Positions 10,530-22,027 are shown, counted from the stretch's first letter. The stretch: DNA of 64,000 nucleotides from Microbacterium sp. (GCF_044340635.1 NZ_JBIITF010000004.1:153731-217730), one strand, 5' to 3'. Numbers and translations are program-made. Notes: generated by a model not told the origin, from the letters alone.

Positions 10530-11405
10530 GTGGCCGAGGACGGCCGCGTCGCGGTCTATCTCGACTTCGACAACATCGTCATTTCCTGGTACGACCGCGT
10601 GCACGGACGCAATGCCTACGGGCGCGACCGCCAGCGGATCGCCGAGAACCCGGCCGAGCCCGAGATCGCGGAACGCCTCAGCCAGGCCGTCATCGACGTG
10701 GGCGCGATCATCGACTACGCGGCATCGTTCGGCACGCTCGTGTTGACCCGCGCCTACGCCGACTGGTCCTCACCGGTCAATGCCGTCTACCGCAGCCAGC
10801 TCGTGGCACGCGCCGTCGACCTCGTCCAGCTCTTCCCCGCCGCGGCATATGCCAAGAACGGCGCCGACATCCGCCTCGCGGTCGATGCGGTGGAGGACAT
10901 GTTCCGACTCCCCGACCTCACGCACGTCGTGATCGTCGCGGGCGACTCCGACTACGTACCTCTGGCCCAGCGCTGCAAGCGGCTCGGCCGCTTCGTCGTC
11001 GGGGTCGGCGTCGCGGGGTCCACGGCCAAGTCGCTCGCGGCGGCGTGCGACCAGTTCGACGCCTACGACGCCCTGCCGGGCGTCTCCGCCCCGAGCGGCA
11101 AGGCGCAGCAGAAACAGGATGCCCCGGCATCCGATGCTCCCGTGCGTCAGCGCCGCCGCACCGCGAAAGACCCTTCGGCCGACCTGCTCGAGCGCGCCCT
11201 GCGCCTCGAGCACGAACGCACGGACGCCGACTGGATGCACAGCTCGGTGATCAAGAACCTGATCAAGCGGATGGATCCCTCGTTCAGCGAGAAGGGGCTC
11301 GGTTTCAAGTCTTTCTCGGACTTCATCAAGGCGCACCCCACGATCGTCGAGATGAACGAGACCGACAACATCCGCCTCGTGCGCCTGGTTCCCGACAAGC
11401 GCTGA
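10530..11405 (+). CDS. NYN (LabA/DUF88) domain protein with C-terminal OST-HTH/LOTUS-like domain
   Basis: VYLDFDNI, KNGADIRLAVDA, GDSDY; tail IKRMDPSFSEKGLGFKSFSDFI. GTG start 1 nt after the previous stop. Confidence 0.85.
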   Translation: MAEDGRVAVYLDFDNIVISWYDRVHGRNAYGRDRQRIAENPAEPEIAERLSQAVIDVGAIIDYAASFGTLVLTRAYADWSSPVNAVYRSQLVARAVDLVQLFPAAAYAKNGADIRLAVDAVEDMFRLPDLTHVVIVAGDSDYVPLAQRCKRLGRFVVGVGVAGSTAKSLAAACDQFDAYDALPGVSAPSGKAQQKQDAPASDAPVRQRRRTAKDPSADLLERALRLEHERTDADWMHSSVIKNLIKRMDPSFSEKGLGFKSFSDFIKAHPTIVEMNETDNIRLVRLVPDKR

Positions 11406-11411
11406 CCGCCG

Positions 11412-11434
11412 CGGTCACTGAGCCTGTCGAAGTG
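11412..11434. repeat. Single arm of REP family B
   Basis: CGGTCACTGAGCCTGTCGAAGTG, sharing CTGAGCCTGTCGAAG with 4089-4103 and 37121-37135; lies between convergent stop codons. Confidence 0.7.
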
Positions 11435-11436
11435 AC

Positions 11437-11850
11437 CTACCGCGCCCGGGTCGACCAGAACGCCCACGCCACGAGGGCGGGCTGGAAGAACAGCCGCACG
11501 AGCCGCTTGCGGTCGGTGTCGAGACCGAACCCGTCGCGCTTCTTGGCGTACTGCTCGACGTTGCCCGGGAGCACCGCGACGAAGAACGCCGCGAGCAGCA
11601 GGCCGATGCGCGACCTCTCTTTCGGCAGGGCGATCAGGGCCGCCCCGAGCATGATTTCGACGGCTCCGGATGCCACGACCACGGCATCCTTGTCGAGAGG
11701 AGTGCGCTCGGTCGTCCAGTCCGGAACCTGCGCCTGGAACTCCGTGCGCGCCCAGAACAGGTGCGAGATTCCGGCGAAGGCGAGCGCGCCGCCCAGTGCC
11801 CAGCGAGCGATCGTGCGCGGGGGCGAGGATGCGATGTGGGTTGCGACCAT
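11437..11850 (-). CDS. DoxX-like membrane protein (paralogue 1)
   Basis: AGISHL, SGAVEIMLGAAL, FFVAVLPGN, RLVRLFFQP. Confidence 0.8.
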   Translation of the reverse strand: MVATHIASSPPRTIARWALGGALAFAGISHLFWARTEFQAQVPDWTTERTPLDKDAVVVASGAVEIMLGAALIALPKERSRIGLLLAAFFVAVLPGNVEQYAKKRDGFGLDTDRKRLVRLFFQPALVAWAFWSTRAR

Positions 11851-11874
11851 CCCCTCAGTCAACACCCGGCACGC

Positions 11875-11916
11875 GGTCAGTGGTACCGGTCAGTGGCGCC
11901 GGGTCAGTGGTACCGG
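11875..11916. repeat. 13/14-bp triplication of the acdS 3' end
   Basis: GGTCAGTGGTACC / GGTCAGTGGCGCCG / GGTCAGTGGTACC; the third copy carries the acdS stop codon. Confidence 0.85.
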
Positions 11917-12926
11917 CCGCTGTACGCGTTCAGCGCGGGCTGGCCGCCGAGGTGCGCATACAGAACGTTCGCGTCGCGCGGGATCTCGCCCGAGGACACG
12001 AGGTCGATGAGTCCCGCCATCGACTTGCCCTCGTACACCGGGTCGATGATGACGCCCTCGAGGCTGCCCGTCAGGCGCATGGCCTCGTCCGTCGACGCGA
12101 CCGGGATGCCGTAGTAGTCCCCCGCCCACCCCTCGAGGACGGTGATCTCGTCGTCGCGCAGGTCCCGGCCGACGCCGATCATGTCGGCCGTGCGCCGCGC
12201 GATCCGGGCGACCTGATCGCGCGTCTCGTCGATCTTGGCGGACGCGTCGATGCCGATCACCCGACGCTCGCGGCCGCCGAAGTTCTCGACCAGGTCGGCG
12301 AAGCCCGCGATCATGCCGGCGTGGGTCGAGCCCGTGACGCTGCAGACGACGATCGTGTCGAAGAAGACGCCGAGTTCGGCCTCTTGAGCGGCGACCTCGT
12401 GCGCCCAGTTGGCGAAGCCGAGTCCGCCGAGCGGGTGATCCGACGCCCCCGCCGGGATCGCATAGGGCGTGCCGCCGGATGCCTCGACGTCCGCGATCGC
12501 CTGCTTCCACGAGTCCTTGAACCCGATGCCGAAGCCCGAGGCATCCAGTCGCACGTCCGCACCCATCAGGCGCGAGAGCATGATGTTGCCGACCCGGTCG
12601 TTCACGGAATCGGGCCAGTCCACCCAGTTCTCCTGCACGAGGACGGCCTTCATGCCCAGGTGCGCGGCGACCGCGGCGACCTGCCGGGTGTGGTTGGACT
12701 GCACGCCCCCGATCGACACGAGCGTGTCGGCGCCCTGCGCGATCGCGTCGGGAATGAGGTATTCGAGCTTGCGCACCTTGTTGCCGCCATACGCGAGGCC
12801 GCTCGAGACGTCCTCGCGCTTCGCCCACACCCGCGCGCCGCCGAGGTGATCGCTCAAGCGGTTGAGCGGATGCACGGGGCTCGGCCCGAAGGTGAGCGGA
12901 TGACGCGGGAAGTCGCTGAGCGGCAT
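11904..12926 (-). CDS. acdS: 1-aminocyclopropane-1-carboxylate deaminase
   Basis: PLP lysine motif [20 protein letters not shown]; discriminating Glu in DPVYEGKS and Leu in HLGGQPAL are present. Confidence 0.93.
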   Translation of the reverse strand: MPLSDFPRHPLTFGPSPVHPLNRLSDHLGGARVWAKREDVSSGLAYGGNKVRKLEYLIPDAIAQGADTLVSIGGVQSNHTRQVAAVAAHLGMKAVLVQENWVDWPDSVNDRVGNIMLSRLMGADVRLDASGFGIGFKDSWKQAIADVEASGGTPYAIPAGASDHPLGGLGFANWAHEVAAQEAELGVFFDTIVVCSVTGSTHAGMIAGFADLVENFGGRERRVIGIDASAKIDETRDQVARIARRTADMIGVGRDLRDDEITVLEGWAGDYYGIPVASTDEAMRLTGSLEGVIIDPVYEGKSMAGLIDLVSSGEIPRDANVLYAHLGGQPALNAYSGRYH

Positions 12927-12945
12927 GGTTCTCCAGAAGGTCGGG

Positions 12946-12965
12946 AATGCAACATATTACACATT
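12946..12965. promoter_or_regulatory. AT-rich imperfect palindrome upstream of acdS (promoter/operator candidate)
   Basis: AATGCAACATATTACACATT, 12/20 self-complementary, an AT-rich island 20 nt upstream of the ATG. Confidence 0.4.
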
Positions 12966-13005
12966 GGATGAGGAGCCCCTCGCCCGGACGTGGGGCCGCG
13001 GCGGG

Positions 13006-14052
13006 TCAGACCGGGTCGGTCGGGTTCACCTTTTCGACCAGCAGCGGATCGACCGGGGTGAACGGGAATGCGGGCAGCTGATCGACCGCGACACCGAAGG
13101 CGGCGGCCAGCACGGGGCGGGAGAACGCCGACACGGACTCGCGATAGCCGATGTCGCCGGGCGTCGGCTGATCGAAGAAGATCAGGAAGTGGATCTCGTC
13201 GTCCCCGATCACCTCGATCTGATGCGGGTACGCGGGCGGGACGAAGTAGCAATCGCCCGGCTCGAGCAGGTACGTGTCGACGGTGCCGTCGGGGTCGAGG
13301 ATCGACATCCGCGCGCGTCCCTGGTGCACGTAGCCCATCTCGGCGGTGCCGGGGTGCCAGTGCGGTTCGCGCATCCCGTCGTCGCGGATGGTCAGCGAGT
13401 ACATCGACATGCTCGCCAGAGCGGGCCAGTACTGGCTGCGCGCGAGCTTGACTGCGGCGAACGGATGCCGCAGCGGTGCCTCTTGCGACGCGATGTCGAA
13501 CTTGTGCGGGTTGCCGTAGCCTGCCGTGTCCGGGACCACCGGCGGGCCCTCCCGACGGACGATGTCGCGAGAGGTCGTGTCGCGGGGCAGGGCTGCGAAG
13601 TCCGACGCCGGGAGCCCGTAGGTGTTGCCCAGCACAGCATTCGACATCTCGCCGAACGCCGCGCGCAGCGAGAAGTCCTCGGGCGCCTCGTTCGAGAAGG
13701 CCACCACGATCTCGGCCTCGGCGTCGCCGATGTTCTCGATGTGATGCAGGGCCCCGGAGGGGATCGTGAACATCTGCCCCGCCGTGATCGTGAACGCCGA
13801 GAAGACGCTGCCGTTCTCGACGATCGACACCAGGACGGACCCCGCGAGGCAGTAGCCGAGCTCGTCGGCGTTGGCGTGCCAGTGCGGCTCACGGACGCTG
13901 CCGGGCGCCAGCACGAGCCGCTTGATGGAGAGCCGTCTCAGGATCGGGAAGTCATCGACGGTCAGGCGACGGATACTGCCGAGGTCGCTGTCGTGCTGGG
14001 CCTCGGCGGTGCGGAGGGAGCGGACGTGTCGGGAGGATGCGGTGGTGCTCAT
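13006..14052 (-). CDS. Bicupin, oxalate decarboxylase (OxdC)-like
   Basis: Two cupin metal sites: VREPHWH..ADELGY..LHHIEN and MREPHWH..AEMGY..YPHQIE. ATG overlaps the upstream stop (ATGA). Confidence 0.82.
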   Translation of the reverse strand: MSTTASSRHVRSLRTAEAQHDSDLGSIRRLTVDDFPILRRLSIKRLVLAPGSVREPHWHANADELGYCLAGSVLVSIVENGSVFSAFTITAGQMFTIPSGALHHIENIGDAEAEIVVAFSNEAPEDFSLRAAFGEMSNAVLGNTYGLPASDFAALPRDTTSRDIVRREGPPVVPDTAGYGNPHKFDIASQEAPLRHPFAAVKLARSQYWPALASMSMYSLTIRDDGMREPHWHPGTAEMGYVHQGRARMSILDPDGTVDTYLLEPGDCYFVPPAYPHQIEVIGDDEIHFLIFFDQPTPGDIGYRESVSAFSRPVLAAAFGVAVDQLPAFPFTPVDPLLVEKVNPTDPV

Positions 14053-14516
14053 CTGCGGCCTTTCTGCGAGCGCGGGGACGGTCGGGACGGCGATGGGGAG
14101 GAGGGTGAGGGTGTGCTCCAGAGCGCCCAGGCGACGAGCGCGGGCTGCAGCAGCAGCCGGATGAATCGGGCACGATCTGTGCGCATGAGGGGTGCCGGGC
14201 GGCGGGTCCGCCACTGGTGGACGTTGCCCGGGAACACAGCGACGAAGAAGGCCGCGACGACCGCACCGATGCGGCGGCGCTCGCGCGGCAGGACGACGAG
14301 TGCGGCACCGAGCATCACCTCGACGACCCCGGAGCCGATCACGATCGCGTCTTTGTCGAGCCGCAGCATCCGGGTGGCCCACTCCGGCACGACGATGCGG
14401 TACCCGCGACGCCCCCAGGTGAGGTGCGACACCCCCGCGCCGATCAACAGGGCCGCGAGCGCCCCGCGCCCGACCGTACGTGCGATCCCCGCGGGGTCTG
14501 TCGATGCGCGTTCCAC
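14049..14516 (-). CDS. DoxX-like membrane protein (paralogue 2)
   Basis: AGVSHL, LDKDAIVIGSGVVEVMLGAAL, FFVAVFPGN, RFIRLLLQP; start uncertain (GTG 14516 or 14519). Confidence 0.78.
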   Translation of the reverse strand: MERASTDPAGIARTVGRGALAALLIGAGVSHLTWGRRGYRIVVPEWATRMLRLDKDAIVIGSGVVEVMLGAALVVLPRERRRIGAVVAAFFVAVFPGNVHQWRTRRPAPLMRTDRARFIRLLLQPALVAWALWSTPSPSSPSPSRPSPRSQKGRR

Positions 14517-14631
14517 CACGTGCTCAGTGTTCCACGACGGCGGCCGTCGAGGCACCGCGCGAACGGTCGCGACACGCCGCTCGCGCCGATCGCACACGGC
14601 GAGTCGCGACCGTTCGATCGAGGCGTCTAGC

Positions 14632-15249
14632 TCAGCCGACCCGCTCGACGGGCTGCCGCAGGATCGTCCGGAGCTTCTCGGGCGCCGTGCGGCGGGGATC
14701 GCCGAGGTAGATCTCGTGGTGGCTCCCGGTCATCCGCAGGCCGTGGCCGGGGATGAAGTCGTCATGCATCGCCTCCAGCACGGGCCCCTCCGCGTCGTAG
14801 GGCCCGACGTGCAACGTCTGGACGCAGAGCCCCTCGTCGAGGGCCTCCACCCGGAGCGCGTCGATCACGGGCGCCGCGCCCTTCGCCCGCACCCGCTGCA
14901 CGGCGACCTCGACATGGGCGTCGTCGATCCAGTCGGGCACGAGGATCATCGCGGTCCAGCGCCAGCGGGTCTTGTCCCGCGCGAGGGTGAAGGCGGCCAT
15001 GTCGTCCGACCACCAGAGAGCCTCGAGCGGCATGACGACGTAGTCGCGGTCGAGCTCGCGCTTGCTCAGGAACTTGAGGGCATACGCGACCGGATACAGG
15101 GTGGTCAACGCATCCGCGTACGCCTGCGCCGTGTTCGGGTCGCCCGCGCCGTCGACCGCGAGGTAGCGCAGGGGCGGAACCGTCACGATCTCGAAGCTGC
15201 CGCGCGTCGCGCCGTACGCCGCCAGCTGCTTCTTCAGGTCGACCTTCAT
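14632..15249 (-). CDS. GyrI-like small-molecule-binding domain protein
   Basis: YLAVDGAGDPN, DYVVMPLEALWW, QTLHVGPYD, HHEIYLGDPRRTAPEKLRTILRQPV. Confidence 0.85.
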   Translation of the reverse strand: MKVDLKKQLAAYGATRGSFEIVTVPPLRYLAVDGAGDPNTAQAYADALTTLYPVAYALKFLSKRELDRDYVVMPLEALWWSDDMAAFTLARDKTRWRWTAMILVPDWIDDAHVEVAVQRVRAKGAAPVIDALRVEALDEGLCVQTLHVGPYDAEGPVLEAMHDDFIPGHGLRMTGSHHEIYLGDPRRTAPEKLRTILRQPVERVG

Positions 15250-15305
15250 GTCGCGAGAAGCCCTTCATCTCACGAGAAGCGTAGCCAGACCGACGCCGGA
15301 TACGC

Positions 15306-15342
15306 CACGTGCCGGCACGGATGTTTTCCGTGCCGGCACGTG
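15306..15342. terminator. Perfect 16-bp hairpin downstream of clpC
   Basis: CACGTGCCGGCACGGA-TGTTT-TCCGTGCCGGCACGTG. Confidence 0.6.
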
Positions 15343-15355
15343 CGTTCGGTTGGCG

Positions 15356-17920
<2,565 letters not shown>

Positions 17921-17936
17921 GAGGCCTCCTGATCAA

Positions 17937-17985
17937 CATGAGTCTTGAGCACTCAACTTTAGGAGTTGAGTGCGTTCGTATCAAG
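17937..17985. promoter_or_regulatory. Two HAIR-like boxes (HspR operators)
   Basis: CATGAGT-N7-ACTCAAC (17937-17957) and GTTGAGT-N7-TATCAAG (17965-17985) versus consensus CTTGAGT-N7-ACTCAAG. Confidence 0.8.
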
Positions 17986-19855
17986 TTGAACGCGGAGGCG
18001 CCGCAGGTATTCCCGGAGTCGTGGGGTCATCCATCGCGGTGAGCGAACGGATCAGACTTTCGGAATCGTAGGGACCGATGTGCCGCTTCTCACCCACGAA
18101 GAACGACGGCGTCGAATGCAGGTCCATCATCTCGGCGTCCAGCCGATCATCGTCCACGCGGCGCACCACCTCGGCCGACCGGAAGTCGTCGACGAACCGA
18201 TCCATGTCGAGTCCGAGCGAGGTCGCATAGCCACGGATGTCTTCCTTGGTCAGCGCCTTCTGGTTCGCGAAGAGGGTCCGTGCCATCTCGAAGAACTGGC
18301 CCTGCAGCCCCGCCGCCTCCGCGGCCTTCGCCGCGTCCTCGGCGTGCGGGTGCACCGCGACGAGGGGGAGGTGGCGGAACACCCAACGCACTTCGCCCGG
18401 CAGACGGTCGAAGACCGCGTCGATCGATCCGGTCGCACGGCTGCAGAACGGGCATTCGAAGTCCCCGTACTCGACGATCGTGTAGCGGGCATCGACCGGC
18501 CCGAGGATGTGGTCCCGCTCGGGGTCGACCGGGCGGACGAGATGCGCACCGACGGCGCGGGGCGGTTGCAGCCGATCCGCGATCGTGAAGATGGCCCAGC
18601 CGACGAGGAATGCGAGCACGGATGCCGCGAGCACACCGACGCGCGCCAGATCCTGAGCCTCCGCATCATCGATCGCGATCGTGACGATGAACAAGGAGAT
18701 GGTGAACCCGATGCCGGAGAGCGCCGCTCCCCCGGCGATCCGAGGCATCCCGAGTCCCGGCGCGAGCTTGCCACCGCCGAAGGCCCGCACGAGGGCCGTG
18801 CCACCCAGAATGCCGACGAACTTGCCGACGACGAGCGCAACGATGATGCCCCAGGTCAGGGGTGAGGTGAACGCCACCCCGAGCACCTGGCCGTCCAGGT
18901 GCACACCGGCGTTCGCGAGCGCGAAGATCGGCAGCACGAGGAACGAGATGTACGGCGCCCACGCGGTCTGCAGACGCTCGTTGATCGAGAGGGACTCTCG
19001 CAGGCTCCGCGTCACGGCGGCGGCGTACAACGTATTGGGCGACTCGCGAAACGCCTGGGTGAGCTCGGCCGTGCGTTCGACGTCGCCGCGCCGGGGGGCG
19101 AACACCGGAATGAGCAGGGCCACGGCGACCCCCGCGAGCGTGGGGTGGATCCCGGCGTAGGCGAGGGCGATCCAGAGCCCGACACCCAGCACTGCGTAAC
19201 TCAGGCCCCGCGCCGCGCGCAGCAAGCGCACGCACGCGAGTGCCCCGATCAGCATGATTGCGACGAGCAGCGGGAGCCAGCGGATGCCCTCGTTGTAGAA
19301 CAGGCCGATGACCAGCAGCGCCCCGACGTCATCGACGACGGCGAGGGTGAGCAGGAAGGTGCGCAGGCGCGCGGGGAACTTCGGACCGATGATGGCGAGC
19401 GCACCCAGCAGGAAGGCCGTGTCGGTCGAGATCACCACGCCCCACGCATGGGCATAGTCAGTCGACGCGGCGAACGCGAGGAAGATCAGCGCGGGCAGGA
19501 TGAGTCCGGCTACGGCCGCCGCGATCGGTACTCGTGCCCGCGCCGGGTCGGTCAACTCACCGATCGCGAACTCGCGTTTGACCTCGAGCCCGACGAGGAA
19601 GAAGAAGAACGCCATCAGGGCGTCGTTGACGACACCGTGGAGCGTCGCGGAAACGGACATGTCACCGAGCGAGACATCCAGATGCATGTCCCAGAACTGC
19701 TCGTACGTATACCCCCACGGGGAGTTCGCCCACAGGATCGCGAGCGCCGTGAAGATGAGCAGGAGGGCCGCGGCCTTGCGATCCGTGGATTCGTGCTTGC
19801 GCTTCAGCCGCAGCGGTACCGGGGGCTCGACGGTGGCTGACCGGGGGTCGCTCAT
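17981..19855 (-). CDS. nhaA: Na+/H+ antiporter NhaA fused to a DsbA/thioredoxin domain
   Basis: NDALMAFFFFLVGLEVKRE, STDTAF, LAVVDD, GIGFTISLF; C-terminal YGDFECPFC...RHLPL..VHP. Confidence 0.9.
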   Translation of the reverse strand: MSDPRSATVEPPVPLRLKRKHESTDRKAAALLLIFTALAILWANSPWGYTYEQFWDMHLDVSLGDMSVSATLHGVVNDALMAFFFFLVGLEVKREFAIGELTDPARARVPIAAAVAGLILPALIFLAFAASTDYAHAWGVVISTDTAFLLGALAIIGPKFPARLRTFLLTLAVVDDVGALLVIGLFYNEGIRWLPLLVAIMLIGALACVRLLRAARGLSYAVLGVGLWIALAYAGIHPTLAGVAVALLIPVFAPRRGDVERTAELTQAFRESPNTLYAAAVTRSLRESLSINERLQTAWAPYISFLVLPIFALANAGVHLDGQVLGVAFTSPLTWGIIVALVVGKFVGILGGTALVRAFGGGKLAPGLGMPRIAGGAALSGIGFTISLFIVTIAIDDAEAQDLARVGVLAASVLAFLVGWAIFTIADRLQPPRAVGAHLVRPVDPERDHILGPVDARYTIVEYGDFECPFCSRATGSIDAVFDRLPGEVRWVFRHLPLVAVHPHAEDAAKAAEAAGLQGQFFEMARTLFANQKALTKEDIRGYATSLGLDMDRFVDDFRSAEVVRRVDDDRLDAEMMDLHSTPSFFVGEKRHIGPYDSESLIRSLTAMDDPTTPGIPAAPPRST

Positions 19856-19933
19856 GCCGCCCAGCCTAGGGCCGCACGGGCCCGCCGCGTCATGGCCCGA
19901 AGAACCCGTGCCGGGAGCGCCTAGCCTGGTCAG

Positions 19934-20713
19934 ATGCGAGAGTTCCTGACGGGTGTGCGGATGCTCGGGCGCGGCCTCGCACACTGGCGACGCATTCCGG
20001 GCACCATGGCGCTCGGGCTGGTCCCCGCGGCGATCGTCGGCATCGTCCTGTTCGCGGGCCTCGTCGCTCTGTCTTTCCAGCTTCCCTCGCTCGCCGAATT
20101 CGTCACCCCGTTCGCGGACGGATGGCCGGGGCTCTGGGCGGGCGTTCTGCGTGTCGCCGTCGGCACGGCCATGCTGGGGGCCGCGCTCGTGCTGATCGCC
20201 ATCTCGTTCACCGCCCTGACGCTGCTGATCGGCGAACCGTTCTACGATCGCATCTGGCGCGCGGCCGAGCGCGAACTCGGCGACGCTCCCCCGGACACCC
20301 CCTATGGATTCTGGCGTTCGGTCGGCGACGGCTTCTCCTTCGTCGTGCGCGGCGTCCTGATCGCCATCGCGGCGGGCCTGCTGGGGCTCATTCCCGTGGT
20401 CGGCGGGTTCGCGGGTGCCGTCGGCGGCATCCTGCTGACCGGGTGGCTGCTCGCCGATGAGCTCTCATCACGGGCGTTGTCGGCCCGCGGTATCGACCGC
20501 GCAACGCGCCGCGCGTTGCTCGGCGGCAACCGCGCGCGGACTCTCGGCTTCGGCGTCGCGACGCAGCTGTGCTTTTTCATTCCGCTCGGCGCGGTGCTCA
20601 TCATGCCCGCGGCGGTCGCGGGTTCCACCGTGCTGGCGCGGTCGTTGGTCGCTCCGGATCAGCGTGCCGCGGCCGAGGGGGGTTCCGAGCACGGGCGCGA
20701 ACAGGGCTCCTAG
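19934..20713 (+). CDS. EI24/CysZ-like membrane protein
   Basis: LIGEPFYDRI, LLGLIPVVG, FFIPLGAVLIMPAAVAGST. Confidence 0.75.
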   Translation: MREFLTGVRMLGRGLAHWRRIPGTMALGLVPAAIVGIVLFAGLVALSFQLPSLAEFVTPFADGWPGLWAGVLRVAVGTAMLGAALVLIAISFTALTLLIGEPFYDRIWRAAERELGDAPPDTPYGFWRSVGDGFSFVVRGVLIAIAAGLLGLIPVVGGFAGAVGGILLTGWLLADELSSRALSARGIDRATRRALLGGNRARTLGFGVATQLCFFIPLGAVLIMPAAVAGSTVLARSLVAPDQRAAAEGGSEHGREQGS

Positions 20714-21174
20714 TCGCGGCCACCCGGCGGGCCGACGATCAGCAGCACCACGAAGATCACGATCACGAGCGCCGCGACCAGCACGGCGAGGATCCACGGG
20801 CGACGCAGCAACGCACGCATCAGGCGATCGTGCCAGGCGCCATCGCGCGGGTCGGCGCCCGCTTCGAGGCGCCAGGCACCCTGCAGACGACCGCTGCGGT
20901 GCAACCAGATCTCGGTCGGGATCGTGGCGTAGGGCACGATCGCACTCGCGATGGCGACGATCGTGGGGACGACATGCCACCGCTGGTTCTTGGCAACCAG
21001 TACGGCGGTCGCGCCGTACGACAAGAACACGAACCCGTGGATGCCTCCGCCGATCGAGACGGCGATGTCGAGCTCGATCGTGGCCCGCAGGATCAGGCCC
21101 GTGATCAGCAGTGTCCACGAGATGGCCTCGGCTATGGCGAGGGTACGGAACAGAGCGAGCGGGGTGCGGAACAC
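20710..21174 (-). CDS. DUF3817-type membrane protein
   Basis: FRTLAIAEAISWTLLI, GGIHGFVFLSY, ASAIVPYAT. Confidence 0.78.
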   Translation of the reverse strand: MFRTPLALFRTLAIAEAISWTLLITGLILRATIELDIAVSIGGGIHGFVFLSYGATAVLVAKNQRWHVVPTIVAIASAIVPYATIPTEIWLHRSGRLQGAWRLEAGADPRDGAWHDRLMRALLRRPWILAVLVAALVIVIFVVLLIVGPPGGRD

Positions 21175-21315
21175 GGTGGAACTCCTCGGGGTCGAACCTC
21201 CATCTCATCATGGCGAGGGCGAGGCATCCGTTCGCTATGCGGACACTCGATGTCCGTGATTCTTCATAGCGTGGGCGTGAGGCATCCGGAGGGGTGCGCA
21301 GAGAGGACTTGGGCC

Positions 21316-21687
21316 ATGGACGGGAAGATCGAGCTGATCTTCATGCCGGTGACGGATGTCGACCGTGCCAAGGAGTTCTACGAGCGGATCGGATTCAACG
21401 CCGATCACGACCAAGTGCCGTTCGAGGGCTTGCGCTTCGTGCAGATGACGCCGCCGGGTTCGGCCTGTTCGATCGCGTTCGGGGACGGCCTCGAAATCGA
21501 CCTCGAGCCGGGCCGGCAGAACACGATTCAGGTCGTCGTGCCCGACGCCGACGAAGCTCTGGCGCATCTGCGGTCGGTCGGGGTCGAGGCATCCGGCGTC
21601 GATGACCAGGCCTGGGGGCGCTTCGTCACGTTCGACGATCCCGACGGCAACTCGTGGACGCTGCAGCAACTGCCCGTCGCACTCTGA
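21316..21687 (+). CDS. VOC/glyoxalase family protein
   Basis: PVTDVDRAKEFY, RFVQMTPPGSACSI, FDDPDGNSWTLQQ. Confidence 0.88.
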   Translation: MDGKIELIFMPVTDVDRAKEFYERIGFNADHDQVPFEGLRFVQMTPPGSACSIAFGDGLEIDLEPGRQNTIQVVVPDADEALAHLRSVGVEASGVDDQAWGRFVTFDDPDGNSWTLQQLPVAL

Positions 21688-21711
21688 ACGGGCCCGACAC
21701 AGCTGTCACTG

Positions 21712-22005
21712 CTAACAGTCGGCGGGTTTGCTGTCCTTGCCGCCGAGCCAGAGCCGATCGCTCTCATCCGAGTGTGTGCCGCCCGACCCCACGTGCTTCG
21801 ACGCGATCCGATCCCCCTTCGTGATGACGTGGACCATCGCCATCGCGTGACCGCGGCCGAGCCCGTAGTCGGCCTTCAGCCATTCGACGATCGGTGCCGC
21901 CTTGGTGTCGGGGCCGAAGCCCTTCTCGGTGGCGATCGCGACGAGTTGCGCGGGCGTGAGCCCGGTCTTGGTCTCGACGGCGTCGAGATAGGCCTGGAAC
22001 GACAT
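21712..22005 (-). CDS. DUF4287-type small protein
   Basis: MSFQAYLDAVETKTG, WLKADYGLGRGHAMA. Confidence 0.8.
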   Translation of the reverse strand: MSFQAYLDAVETKTGLTPAQLVAIATEKGFGPDTKAAPIVEWLKADYGLGRGHAMAMVHVITKGDRIASKHVGSGGTHSDESDRLWLGGKDSKPADC

Positions 22006-22027
22006 GCGTCTCCTCCTGTACGCGTAT

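Noticed and set aside
11904-12926. D-cysteine desulfhydrase instead of ACC deaminase
   Set aside because: The ACC-deaminase-diagnostic Glu (VYEGKS) and Leu (QPAL) are present.
21240-21256. CGGACA-N5-TGTCCG possible operator
   Set aside because: 6-bp arms are common by chance at this GC content, and no regulator is adjacent.
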